Shown: positions 26,767-36,469 of the stretch, one piece after another
Numbering within the stretch: position 1 is the first letter of the stretch
Layout: each line of letters opens with the position of its first letter
Source: a virus
Length of the DNA stretch: 64,000 nucleotides
Virus record (IMG/VR): IMGVR_UViG_3300021088_000008
Location: 1 to 64,000 of that record
Strand: one strand, 5' to 3'
Program-made: the position numbers and the translations under genes
The notes under the pieces: generated by a model
Told to the model about the DNA's origin: nothing
Seen by the model: the letters and a program-made list of their open reading frames with translations, nothing else
Database searches by the model: none

Positions 26767-27723
26767 ATGAACGCAAAAACCGGTACCGACAAAACGTGCC
26801 CCGCTTGCGGGGCATTGTTTTATGTGCAGGCCCATCGCGCCACGGGGGCCAAATTCTGTTCAATGAAATGCCTTTGGGCCGGGCGCCGCCCGCGCCCTGG
26901 GCCAGAGCTTCCCGTTACTCTGGTCTGCGCCAATTGTGGGAAGGAATTTCCTGTTCGACCTTATCGCAAGGATATTGCCAAGTTCTGCTCTCCGCGATGT
27001 GGTGCGCTTTTCAGTGGCGACAAACTAAAAAAGGCGAGAGCAGCAAAGCGAAGGCCAGGCGTAAAAACTTGTTCAAAGTGTAAAATCGAGAAACCGCACT
27101 CCGATTTCTGGAAACACTCCACGAGTTCTGACAGGATGCGCGGCGTCTGTATTCCGTGCCGTCAATCCGTTCACGATCAATGGATGGCTGCAAACCCTGG
27201 AAAGAAATTGGAGGCGGATCGTCGCTATTATGCAGAACATGCCGTTCAATTGAACGAATCCTCTCGGGCCAAATATGCTGCGAATCCAGAGCCTTTCTCC
27301 GAGCGTAACCGGGCGTGGCGCGCAGCTAACCCAGAAAAGGTAACGGCATCTAATATTCGAAAGCGGGAAAAGCACGGCGATAAGTTGCGCGCTGGAAAGC
27401 GTGCGCATTACCGGAAAAACAGCGCCATTTATAAAGCCCGAGCCGTTGCAAGGATGAAGCACATTAAGATCGCGACGCCGCCGTGGGCCGACATGGCGAA
27501 GATCTTCGCGATCTACGCCGAGTGCGAGCGCCTGACGAAAGAAACCGGTATTCCGCATCATGTCGACCACATTTACCCGTTGCGGGGAAGAACGATGTGC
27601 GGACTCCACGTCGAGGGAAATCTGCAGATCCTGCACGCCGTTGTAAATCTGAGGAAATCGAATAGAGTTCACGGAGACGATGGGGTGCCAGATTATTCCC
27701 TTCCAGGTGAAAATTGTGTATGA
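26767..27723 (+). CDS. free-standing HNH endonuclease with Zn-ribbon repeats
   Basis: HHVDHIYPLRGRTMCGLHVEGNLQIL...NLRKSN; CxxC...FCSxxC repeats; lower GC. Confidence 0.9.
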   Translation: MNAKTGTDKTCPACGALFYVQAHRATGAKFCSMKCLWAGRRPRPGPELPVTLVCANCGKEFPVRPYRKDIAKFCSPRCGALFSGDKLKKARAAKRRPGVKTCSKCKIEKPHSDFWKHSTSSDRMRGVCIPCRQSVHDQWMAANPGKKLEADRRYYAEHAVQLNESSRAKYAANPEPFSERNRAWRAANPEKVTASNIRKREKHGDKLRAGKRAHYRKNSAIYKARAVARMKHIKIATPPWADMAKIFAIYAECERLTKETGIPHHVDHIYPLRGRTMCGLHVEGNLQILHAVVNLRKSNRVHGDDGVPDYSLPGENCV

Positions 27724-27758
27724 AGCCTTCGAGGGCTTCATGACAGAGGGAAGAGATC

Positions 27759-28448
27759 ATGTCGACACTGACGGCCAAGCAGAAGCGAGCGGAGCGTGAG
27801 GATCGTCTGCGGGCCGAGGGCGCCGCGCAGGCCCGGGCCGAAATGGCAGGCACCGCTCCACGCGAATCCAATGGCCCGACATCCGAGCAAATCCAGGCGC
27901 TGAATCAGAAGGCGTTCGCTGATCCTGGCGCCGTTGCGGCCGCCTCCGGGGGTGTCGCGCAGCCCCAGCGCGCTGGCGCAAAGGTAATCGTCGCCTGCAA
28001 GATCGGCGTGCCGTACGTCAACCTGCAGCTTTGCGAGATGATCGAGGTCAACGAGGAGACGCAGACTGGATCACGGAAACGGATGCAGGCTCGGCGGACC
28101 GGCTCGGTGGTCCGGCTTCGCGGCACGGCCTATCCTCGAGGCGCGAAGCCATCGGAATTTCCCGACCCTCCGGTCATGGTCGGCGGCGCCGCGCTCAACT
28201 ACGGGATCGACAAGGACTGGTTCGATCAATGGCTTGACCAGAACAAGCGCAGCGCGCTCGTGATGAATGGGTTGATCTTCGCCCACGAAAAAGAGGATAT
28301 GGTGCGCGGGCAGGCAACCGAACAGGCATCCATTTTGAGTGGCCTGGAGCCGATCAATCCGAAGTCGGATCCGCGCATCAGGGCGTTCGCCAAGCCCACC
28401 CGGGAAGAGGTCAGCGATGTTGAAACCAGACCAAGAAAAGGCGTCTAG
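27759..28448 (+). CDS. virion-associated hypothetical protein
   Basis: VIVACKIG...IDKDWFDQWL...NGLIFA..SGLEPINP, typical post-MCP gene. Confidence 0.65.
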   Translation: MSTLTAKQKRAEREDRLRAEGAAQARAEMAGTAPRESNGPTSEQIQALNQKAFADPGAVAAASGGVAQPQRAGAKVIVACKIGVPYVNLQLCEMIEVNEETQTGSRKRMQARRTGSVVRLRGTAYPRGAKPSEFPDPPVMVGGAALNYGIDKDWFDQWLDQNKRSALVMNGLIFAHEKEDMVRGQATEQASILSGLEPINPKSDPRIRAFAKPTREEVSDVETRPRKGV

Positions 28449-28773
28449 CGAGGTGCAGCCGGAACGGAAGATGGTGCGCATCGCCTGCCGCATCCCGAAC
28501 GGTGTCGCAATCCGTCTCTCGAAAGTGGGTTGGGATGACGGCACAGGCGTCAAGCCGACGGTCCATGATGGTCCCGGCATCCGGCTTAACGGCCCTTCCC
28601 CGCTGCACACGGGCGCCGGCAACACCAGCCCGGAAGATCTTGAGCCCGGGATCACGGACGTCGATGCGGAATGGTGGGGCAAATGGCTGGCGCAGAACAA
28701 GCTGAATCCGGCCGTCGAACTCAAGCAGATCTTCCTCCTCGAGGAGGACACGAAGCCAAACCCTACGCTGTGA
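28417..28773 (+). CDS. paralog of the preceding post-MCP protein
   Basis: VRIACRIPNG...ITDVDAEWWGKWLAQNK..IF. Confidence 0.6.
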   Translation: MLKPDQEKASSEVQPERKMVRIACRIPNGVAIRLSKVGWDDGTGVKPTVHDGPGIRLNGPSPLHTGAGNTSPEDLEPGITDVDAEWWGKWLAQNKLNPAVELKQIFLLEEDTKPNPTL

Positions 28774-29126
28774 CCTTCGCGGAGACGCTCGCGAAGAGTC
28801 AGGAACTGGACCGCGTTCTGGCGGCGCCTTTGAAGGATGGACGGATGCCTCAGGAGATCGGTGGGAAGCGGTTGGCGGGGGAGCTCGGCGCGATGTTTTC
28901 CCAGATCCAACAGGTGGTGGACAAGGCCAAGCTCGGCGTGGCGGCGGCCGCGTCGGAGTTGATGGAGGAGGTTCGCGGCGTCGAGGCGATTGAGAAGGCA
29001 GTGCGATCGGAGACCGCCGCAGTGCGCGCGTTCAAGGCACAGATGCTCGGCGACAACGCGCTGGCCGGCGAGAACGAGGACAAGGCCGAGCAGGAACCCA
29101 AAGTCACCGGTCAGGCTGCGGAATGA
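28770..29126 (+). CDS. hypothetical protein
   Basis: GTGA overlap; helical. Confidence 0.5.
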   Translation: MTFAETLAKSQELDRVLAAPLKDGRMPQEIGGKRLAGELGAMFSQIQQVVDKAKLGVAAAASELMEEVRGVEAIEKAVRSETAAVRAFKAQMLGDNALAGENEDKAEQEPKVTGQAAE

Positions 29127-29626
29127 CAACGCCAGCGATCACATTCGTTTTCACGGATTGGACCGCGCAATTCGGCGAGTTCTCGGCTGTGAACCCGGTG
29201 GCGGCGCAGGCGTGGTTCAACCGGGCCACCAATTTCTGCAGCAACGATACCTGCAACCCGGCCTATCAGCAGGATCCGACCGGCGGGATACTGACGGGGC
29301 TGCTCTACCTGCTGACGGCACACATTGCCTGGCTCAACGCGCCGCGGGATGCGTTCGGCAATCCGGCAGCGACCGGCCAGCCGGCCCCGCCGATCGTGGG
29401 GCGAATCAATACGGCATCGGAAGGCTCGGTCTCTGTCGGCGCCGATATGGGCGACGCAAATGAGGGCTCCCCGTCGCAGGCCTGGTACATGCAGACGAAG
29501 TACGGCAGCGAGTTCTGGTACGCCAGCGCAACTTACCGGACCGGGTTCTACGTCGCCCAGCCGACGATCCTGCCTGAGAATAGCCTGTTTTTCCCGTATG
29601 GACCCCGCTGGCGCGGCGGATATTGA
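29123..29626 (+). CDS. head-tail adaptor (DUF4054-like)
   Basis: LLYLLTAHIAWL...VGRINTASEGSVSV...WYMQTKYG. Confidence 0.8.
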   Translation: MTTPAITFVFTDWTAQFGEFSAVNPVAAQAWFNRATNFCSNDTCNPAYQQDPTGGILTGLLYLLTAHIAWLNAPRDAFGNPAATGQPAPPIVGRINTASEGSVSVGADMGDANEGSPSQAWYMQTKYGSEFWYASATYRTGFYVAQPTILPENSLFFPYGPRWRGGY

Positions 29627-29637
29627 AGGAGACTGAA

Positions 29638-29982
29638 ATGAGAATCGATTGGTCAGTTGCGGATGAATCCATCCGATTTATTCGGTTTCAAGCCACCAAC
29701 GTGACCTTATCGTTGCGTGATCTTGACGAGCTTGAAATGTGCACTGCAACCGAAGTTCTAGCCGAAATGCATTTTGGATCTCCAGAGAATCTGTTCTCGG
29801 GACTTGATGGCCAGCATAAGGTCGTGAGATGGGCTTCAATCCACATCCTGTGCAGGAAGCCAAAGGGATACCCTCGACTACAGAGGAATTGGCTGAAATA
29901 CAGCCTTTCCGACAGCGATCAGGTTGTAGATTCCGAGGGAAATCGTGCGCGATGGGATGATGATCAGGTAGCCGCTGCCTAA
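29638..29982 (+). CDS. low-GC accessory hypothetical protein
   Basis: AAGGAG RBS; AT-richer insertion in the neck module. Confidence 0.5.
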   Translation: MRIDWSVADESIRFIRFQATNVTLSLRDLDELEMCTATEVLAEMHFGSPENLFSGLDGQHKVVRWASIHILCRKPKGYPRLQRNWLKYSLSDSDQVVDSEGNRARWDDDQVAAA

Positions 29983-30516
29983 ATGCCCGTCCGCGGCGGG
30001 AACAAATTCCAGGCCCAACTGCAGAAGATGGCAGGCGCCGTGACGTCGGCTCAGACCGTCAAGGTCGGATTCCTTGAGAACGCGACCTATCCGAACGGGA
30101 CCAAAGTCGCGATGGTGGCCAGCATCCAAGAGTTCGGCGCCCCCCGCGCTGGCATTCCCCCGCGGCCGTTCTTCCGAAACATGATCGCGGCCAAGAGCCA
30201 TGAATGGGGCCCGGCCGCTGGCGCGCTGCTGGTCGCCAATGGCTACGATGCCACCGCGACGCTCAACATGGTCGGCGAGGGCATCGCCGGGCAGTTGCGG
30301 CAATCGATCGTGGATACGAATGCACCGCCTCTCAGCCCGGTCACGCTGGTCCTGCGCGAGTTTTTCTGGACGAATCCTTGGGACATTCGTGCTAGAGATG
30401 TCGCAGCGGCTCGCGACTTGGTCGCCCAGGGTCATACGGCTTCGGCCGGCACCTCGACCAAACCTTTGGTCTGGACAGGAATGCTTCTGGGATCGATTGA
30501 CCACGAAGTGACGTGA
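29983..30516 (+). CDS. neck/tail completion protein
   Basis: VKVGFLENATYP..VAMVASIQEFG..IPPRPFFR...KPLVWTG. Confidence 0.8.
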   Translation: MPVRGGNKFQAQLQKMAGAVTSAQTVKVGFLENATYPNGTKVAMVASIQEFGAPRAGIPPRPFFRNMIAAKSHEWGPAAGALLVANGYDATATLNMVGEGIAGQLRQSIVDTNAPPLSPVTLVLREFFWTNPWDIRARDVAAARDLVAQGHTASAGTSTKPLVWTGMLLGSIDHEVT

Positions 30517-30537
30517 ACCCAACCTGAGGAGGGTCCT

Positions 30538-31047
30538 ATGGATCTCGATAGCTTCTATGCCGACTACCGGGCCTTCAAGGCGCGCGTTGCTCCGATGATT
30601 GATGATTGGGAGCGGGTGAATGCGGAACCGGCGATCAGCGCCGAGCTCGCGGCCCAGATCAATGCGCCTCTGCCGCCGAGCAACCCGATGACGCCGCTTG
30701 GTGGCGACCACGTGCTGGCGGCAACGCCAGCCGCGCCGAGCGCCGCGGCTCCGCTGCTGCCCGCCGCACCGACCGTCCGCGGCGAATCAGCGCCCGCGCT
30801 CCAGTCCGGCGGCCCGACCATCCAGCAGTGGGTTGCGGCCGGCTACAAGGCCAGCGCCTATCCGCCGTCGCCATACGCGTCCCAGAGCTCGCCAGAGGAC
30901 GTGGCCGCCGCACAGGCTGCCGAGGTCGAGGCTGCGGCCGCCAAGGCTCCCGCGCCGCCTACCCCGCCGACCGATGAGGCCGCGGCCGCCGCCGCCCTCC
31001 AGGCCGAGATCCACAAGCCGCTTCCGCCGACCTCCGCCGTCGGGTAA
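30538..31047 (+). CDS. Pro/Ala-rich hypothetical protein
   Basis: GAGGAGG RBS; GPTIQQWVAAGYKASAYPP. Confidence 0.6.
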   Translation: MDLDSFYADYRAFKARVAPMIDDWERVNAEPAISAELAAQINAPLPPSNPMTPLGGDHVLAATPAAPSAAAPLLPAAPTVRGESAPALQSGGPTIQQWVAAGYKASAYPPSPYASQSSPEDVAAAQAAEVEAAAAKAPAPPTPPTDEAAAAAALQAEIHKPLPPTSAVG

Positions 31048-31093
31048 TTCTGACTGATGACGCCCAAAATCCGACCTGAAGGAGACTGATCGA

Positions 31094-31702
31094 ATGGCCG
31101 CCGCATCTCTCACGCTTTTCTCGTCTATTGGCGATGTCGCAATCCCAAATTTGAGTTCGAAGGGATTCACGTTCGGATCCGGCGGCTCCCTCATGGGTGG
31201 AGAGGGCAACATCTACCGCGAGATTCTCAATCCCGGACGCAATCCCGGCGGTCTAGCGGCCGACAATGTCATTGCGGCTTACCTGCTGTCGGCAAGTTCA
31301 TTCGACGCCGCCGGCCGAGGCGTCAATCTTCTCGCGCAGGGCAGCGTTGCCAATAATGCCAATTCCAAAGAGATGAAAATCTATTGGGGATGTACGACGG
31401 CGGTGATCGGATCAACCGTTACCGGCGGCACCGTGATTGCCGATAGTGGAGCATACACGACGGCGGCGGCCGTCGGTTGGTCGCTTGAGGCCAATGTGTT
31501 CAAATACGGAAATCCAGGCTCGAATACCCAGTTGGCGCTGCACATGAGCGCTCAGATTGGTTCCACGGTAGGATCCCTGTTGGTTCCAACGCCTCTGACC
31601 ACGCCAGAGAATGCCGGCATTTTGATCGCGGTGACGGGTAATGCTGCTACAGCATTGACCAACATCGTGCAGTCGTTCTTCGAAGTTAATGCGATGAACT
31701 GA
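31094..31702 (+). CDS. putative structural protein
   Basis: AAGGAG RBS; beta-rich; in neck module. Confidence 0.55.
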   Translation: MAAASLTLFSSIGDVAIPNLSSKGFTFGSGGSLMGGEGNIYREILNPGRNPGGLAADNVIAAYLLSASSFDAAGRGVNLLAQGSVANNANSKEMKIYWGCTTAVIGSTVTGGTVIADSGAYTTAAAVGWSLEANVFKYGNPGSNTQLALHMSAQIGSTVGSLLVPTPLTTPENAGILIAVTGNAATALTNIVQSFFEVNAMN

Positions 31703-31727
31703 TTCCTGAGATGATGGGAGGCGGCCG

Positions 31728-32414
31728 GTGAACCTGCATGGTCTGGTCGGTCCCTACGTCGGTTCGGTCAACCCTCTGATCCCTGTCACAGTCCAGATCA
31801 GCACCGGGCCCGGCCCGCAGAACCCAGACGGCAGTCAGGTGCCTTCGTTCGCGACCCCTGGCGCAATCACTGCCTCGGTCTCGGGCGATGTCCTCACCGT
31901 CACCAACGTCGCCAGCGGGGTTCTGCAGCCCGGCCAAACGCTATCCGACGCCGGGGCGCTGCTGCCGACCACCACGATCACGTCTCAGTTGACGGGAACC
32001 GCCGGGGGCCTCGGGACGTACCTCCTCAGCCAGATCCAGCCGGCGCCGATCGCCTCGGAGGCGATGACCACCGCGCTCAATCTGATCGGGCAGGTCCAGC
32101 CGATCTCAACGCCGGATTTGAAGCAGCTCGAGGGGATCAATCTCGGCGGCGTCCATTGGAAAATTTACCTGTCCGGCGAGGTCGATGCTATCGTGCGGCC
32201 GGAGCGGAAGGGCGGGGACCTCGTCACGATCGGATCCGGTCGACATCAGGGAGTCTGGCTTGTGGTTGGAGTCCTGGAGCAGTGGCCGGATTGGTGCGTC
32301 GCAGGAATCGTGCTGCAAAATGACGCTGTTGTTACCGCGCCAGTTGCTCCGTTCTCGCCTTCGCTGGACTTCTCCGACCCGAGAAATTCACAGTTCTTGC
32401 CAGGCATCACATGA
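31728..32414 (+). CDS. head closure/neck protein
   Basis: MNLHGLV...VNP...QVQP...DLKQLEGIN...GGDL...WLVVGVLEQWPDW. Confidence 0.75.
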   Translation: MNLHGLVGPYVGSVNPLIPVTVQISTGPGPQNPDGSQVPSFATPGAITASVSGDVLTVTNVASGVLQPGQTLSDAGALLPTTTITSQLTGTAGGLGTYLLSQIQPAPIASEAMTTALNLIGQVQPISTPDLKQLEGINLGGVHWKIYLSGEVDAIVRPERKGGDLVTIGSGRHQGVWLVVGVLEQWPDWCVAGIVLQNDAVVTAPVAPFSPSLDFSDPRNSQFLPGIT

Positions 32415-33952
32415 AGAACATTCTCGCAAGCCTCGTGCTCCTCATCCTTTCCGCCGTTCCGGTAATGGCGGACTATCTCGCCAAGGATGCCAACGGCAAT
32501 ATCATCACGCTCAAAGCGGGGGTTCTTGGTGGCAATGTGCTTCCGTGGGTGTCTCCCGTGGATGGGACCGGAACAGCCTACGGGACGGTCAGCAATCCGT
32601 TCGCCGTCGCGCCCGGAACCGGCGCGTCATTTCCGGTCACCGGAACATTCTGGCAGGCGACGCAGCCAGTTAGCGCGGCATCGCTTCCGCTACCGGCCGG
32701 TGCGGCGACGTCAGCCCTCCAGAGTTCGACCATCACGGCGCTCGGCTCGCCGTTCCAGGCCGGCGGCAACATTGGTAACACCTCATTCGGGATCTCGGGC
32801 ACGCTCCCCGCATTCGCTGCAACGCCGACGTTCAACTGCGGGAGCGGATGTTTCCAGGCGACGCAGCCGATATCAGGAACGGTCACTGCGGCGCAGGCGA
32901 CCGCAGCCAACCTGAATGCGACCGTGGTGGGGACCGGAACGTTCGCAGTTCAAGCTGCCCAATCAGGAACATGGAACATCGGCAGCATCACGACTCTGCC
33001 GGCATTGGTGGCGGGCTCGGCGATCGTCGGAAAGGTCGGCATCGACCAAACCACGGTCGGCACGACCAACGGCGTATCGCTTGCCCAGATCGGAGCCAAC
33101 ACAATCTCGACTGGCGCGGGTGCAACGGGCACCGGAACGCAGCGGGTAGGCGTCGCGCAGGACACCACCACCGTCGCCGGGTCGGCGCCGGGTACCGCAG
33201 GAACGCCCTCTGCTAACGTCGTAACGGTGCAGGGCGCTGCGTCGATGACACCGGTGGCGGTTAACGGAGCATCCAGCAATGCGTCATCTGGCGTGGCGAC
33301 AAGCTCGACGAACGTCCCGACGGTCGCTTACAACTATGGATTCAATGGATCAACGTGGGACCCGGCCAAGAGCAAAGCCGCGAGCACGCAGGCGGCATTC
33401 ACGGATACAGCGATAGTCGCTGATCCCCGACCTAATAGCGCCGCGACGATTTCCGGCACCACGACGAATCCAACGACAGGCGCCTATACGCTGACGGCGA
33501 CCACGACCGCATACACTGCGGGACAATTGATCGCAAACAACGGCACCGCAGGTTCGGTTACGAACCCGAGTTTTTCCATTGCCAACTCGGGAGGTGGCGC
33601 CGCTATTCCGAGACTGCGATTGATCAGCAACGACACGACATCGACGGCATGGGCTGCGCAGACGGTCCAGGTCGATCTTTGGTCCGCCGCTCCGACATGG
33701 ACAAATGGCGATAGAGGCGCATGGTTGCCGCTGACGGGTAGTGCTTCGCATCTCGGGTCATTCACTTGCGTTTTCCCATCTGCCGAATGGGGTGACGGCA
33801 TCGCGACCGAATGCTCACCCGTAGTGGGGAACTTCTCTCTTTCGGCTCTCGCGTCAGGATCAACAATATACGCGTCGTATAAGGCCGTCACCGGATCTGG
33901 TGTCACCGGAGCGTCCAAGACCTTCACACTGATTGCAGAGGAAATGAACTGA
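32411..33952 (+). CDS. fibre-like beta-rich protein with N-terminal signal peptide
   Basis: MKNILASLVLLILSAVPVMA|DY; QATQPVSAASLPLPAGAATSALQ fibre-type repeats. Confidence 0.65.
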   Translation: MKNILASLVLLILSAVPVMADYLAKDANGNIITLKAGVLGGNVLPWVSPVDGTGTAYGTVSNPFAVAPGTGASFPVTGTFWQATQPVSAASLPLPAGAATSALQSSTITALGSPFQAGGNIGNTSFGISGTLPAFAATPTFNCGSGCFQATQPISGTVTAAQATAANLNATVVGTGTFAVQAAQSGTWNIGSITTLPALVAGSAIVGKVGIDQTTVGTTNGVSLAQIGANTISTGAGATGTGTQRVGVAQDTTTVAGSAPGTAGTPSANVVTVQGAASMTPVAVNGASSNASSGVATSSTNVPTVAYNYGFNGSTWDPAKSKAASTQAAFTDTAIVADPRPNSAATISGTTTNPTTGAYTLTATTTAYTAGQLIANNGTAGSVTNPSFSIANSGGGAAIPRLRLISNDTTSTAWAAQTVQVDLWSAAPTWTNGDRGAWLPLTGSASHLGSFTCVFPSAEWGDGIATECSPVVGNFSLSALASGSTIYASYKAVTGSGVTGASKTFTLIAEEMN

Positions 33953-35010
33953 TGCGACGACGATCTTTCATCGCAGCAGCACTGGCAGCATCCGCGCTGC
34001 TGGCGCTTGGGTGGCTGGGGTCGGCGGATGCGGTCTCTGGAAGCCGGTTGCTTCTGCTTGGGGGACCCCCTGGATGGGTCCAAAAAGGTGCGATCATTGA
34101 TGAGGTTTTTACAACTTCTCAGTATTACCCGCGCCCGATCGCGCAGGAACTAGTCGATACCAGAGCTTCATCCAAATTTCTTACGCCAACGAACGGAGTG
34201 CTTGTTTCTATCGGGAATAACGTGCTGCCACTTAGCAGCGCTGGTTTGTTGGTTGAACCGTCCGCGACAAATGGCGCGCTTCAGTCTCAAAACTTCTCTG
34301 CGACGTGGGCAGGAGCTCACAGCGGGATCGCCACGGCAAATGCCACAACGGCACCGGATGGAACTACGACAGCAAGCAAGATTGCTTATGGGTCGGCGAC
34401 GAACCAAAACTATCTGTTTGCGCAAGCTCAGACTTACGTCACGTCATCGGGGTATATCGTTTATACTTACGCCAAAGCAGCGGACTACAATTTTCTGGCG
34501 CTTGTGACGTTCGACGGAACCGACAATTTCGGTGTCATCTATAATTTGAGCACTGGAGCAGTTGTCGGAAATATCACCAACGCGCCGGTAGGAACGATAA
34601 CGGCAAGCGGCTCGTCCGCATTAGCAAATGGTTGGTATCTTTGCTGGTTCGCATTCACCGCGACAAATACCGGCTCGGCGTCGTTCGGCATCCAGGCAGG
34701 GCCGCAGCAAAGCAACAGCCAGAATATCAATACCCCCGGCGCTGGGGCGACCGGGAGTGGAATCTATGTTTGGGGTTATCAGAGCATGCTCGGATCGCTG
34801 CCATCGTCATACACTCCAACCACAACATCGACCGCTCCGCGCGCTGCCGACTCAATCGTCATTCAAAGAACTGGTATCGGGCGCATCGTTTTCACATTCG
34901 ACAATGGGAGCACGCAGACGATCTCTGGCATCAACCCTGCGGCTCAATACACTATCCCGACAAACCTGAACCGCGCGCTGATCACCCGAATAACGGGATA
35001 TGCATCGTGA
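33952..35010 (+). CDS. spike/fibre protein with carbohydrate-binding-like domain and Tat-like signal
   Basis: MRRRSFIAAALAA...; GLLVEPSATN, APDGTTTA, NGWYLC, SSYTPTT...RAAD. Confidence 0.65.
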   Translation: MRRRSFIAAALAASALLALGWLGSADAVSGSRLLLLGGPPGWVQKGAIIDEVFTTSQYYPRPIAQELVDTRASSKFLTPTNGVLVSIGNNVLPLSSAGLLVEPSATNGALQSQNFSATWAGAHSGIATANATTAPDGTTTASKIAYGSATNQNYLFAQAQTYVTSSGYIVYTYAKAADYNFLALVTFDGTDNFGVIYNLSTGAVVGNITNAPVGTITASGSSALANGWYLCWFAFTATNTGSASFGIQAGPQQSNSQNINTPGAGATGSGIYVWGYQSMLGSLPSSYTPTTTSTAPRAADSIVIQRTGIGRIVFTFDNGSTQTISGINPAAQYTIPTNLNRALITRITGYAS

Positions 35011-36455
35011 AGTGGGGCCTAGCTTTATTTATGCTCGCCTTCGCCCAGGACGCGAGCGCTCAATCGATGTCGCTGACGTTTCCGACATCGCTCACGATGG
35101 CATCAGGCCTACCGCTGCCATTCACGGGCGTCACCATATCCGATCCGAATCCAAATGCGACAACGGACACGGTCACGATTTTAATGAGCGGATCGGCTGG
35201 AGGAACACTGAGCGGTCCTGGCTTGACGGGGTCTAACCCCTATACGCTGATCGACGCGCCGGCCAATATCACGGCGGATCTGCAGGCCCTGACATACACC
35301 CCTGCGGTCGTTGGAAACACAAATGCGATTTTCGATATCTCGGTGTTTAGCACAGCAATCGCCACCTTGCAGCCTTCGGCGGCAGAGGTACAGATTCAAA
35401 ATATCAATCTGACCGATGAGGTACCGTACCCAGCGCCGTCCTGTACGTTTGTCTCGAGAAACTTCAAGGGCGTCAATATTTCCGGGGCGGAAAACACTTA
35501 CCCGGCAACGTCGCAATTCAATTATATCTACCCTGCGAATGTGGAACTGGATTACTTCGCATCGAAGGGATTCGGGCTGATTCGCATGCCGGTCCAAATC
35601 CGCCGCGTGCAAGAGTTTTCCTATGGCGACCTTGATCCCATCGGGCGCACCGACGAACCGGCTGTATCCGGGTCGGTGCCGGGAACGCAAACCAACCTAT
35701 TGGCGATGAAGTCAGTTTTTGATCACGCATGTGCCGACAACCTCTATGTCGTGATTGATTCGCACGATTACGGTTACATTCAGGATACGAACACCAATAC
35801 GTCTAGACCGATCGGATCCGATCCCGAGGCAACAGCGCAGTTCAAGGATTGGTGGATTCGGGTATCGACCAAATTTAGCAATTACCCAAACTTGATCTTT
35901 GGGATTATGAATGAACCATATGCGCAGACGCCCGGACAGTGGCAAGTGGGCGCGGTCGCGGCCATCAACGGCATTGCGCAGGTAACGACTTCGCGGATGG
36001 TGTTCATCCCAGGTACATCGTACACAGGTGGACATTCCTGGGTTTCGAGCGGAAACGCTGCAGCATGGGCTGGCTACGTTCCGCCAGCAGGGATGCAAAT
36101 CGCGTTCGAGATGCACGAATATCTTGATAGCGATTTTTCCGGATCGCATGCGGTTTGCGCTGGCAATGGTTCGGCGCCGATGACAGCAGCAACCGCATGG
36201 GCACAAGCGAATGGGTTTAAGATTTGGATCGGAGAAATCGGCTGGTCGCAAGATCCGAGCTGTCCTCCTGACGCCGCAAATCTGATGGGCTATTTCACGG
36301 CAAACGAACCCACATATCTCGGGTGGGCTTACTGGGTTGGCGGCAGTCAGGCGTTCTACGGCTCGTATATGTACACCGTGCAGCCGACCGGCTATCCAAC
36401 CGGACCGTTTGCGGATAAGCCGCAGATGTCGGTCCTCATTGGAAATCTGAATTGA
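35007..36455 (+). CDS. glycoside hydrolase family 5 endoglucanase with signal peptide
   Basis: GVNISGAE, IRMP, IDSHDYG, FGIMNEP (acid/base), FEMHEYLD, IGEIGW (nucleophile), GWAYW. Confidence 0.88.
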   Translation: MKWGLALFMLAFAQDASAQSMSLTFPTSLTMASGLPLPFTGVTISDPNPNATTDTVTILMSGSAGGTLSGPGLTGSNPYTLIDAPANITADLQALTYTPAVVGNTNAIFDISVFSTAIATLQPSAAEVQIQNINLTDEVPYPAPSCTFVSRNFKGVNISGAENTYPATSQFNYIYPANVELDYFASKGFGLIRMPVQIRRVQEFSYGDLDPIGRTDEPAVSGSVPGTQTNLLAMKSVFDHACADNLYVVIDSHDYGYIQDTNTNTSRPIGSDPEATAQFKDWWIRVSTKFSNYPNLIFGIMNEPYAQTPGQWQVGAVAAINGIAQVTTSRMVFIPGTSYTGGHSWVSSGNAAAWAGYVPPAGMQIAFEMHEYLDSDFSGSHAVCAGNGSAPMTAATAWAQANGFKIWIGEIGWSQDPSCPPDAANLMGYFTANEPTYLGWAYWVGGSQAFYGSYMYTVQPTGYPTGPFADKPQMSVLIGNLN

Positions 36456-36469
36456 TCGGAAATTGAAAC

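Noticed and set aside
34632-35006. N-terminal 125 aa of the 607-aa ORF
   Set aside because: Overlaps the preceding gene and is not protein-like; GTG 35007 gives a coupled start with a signal peptide.
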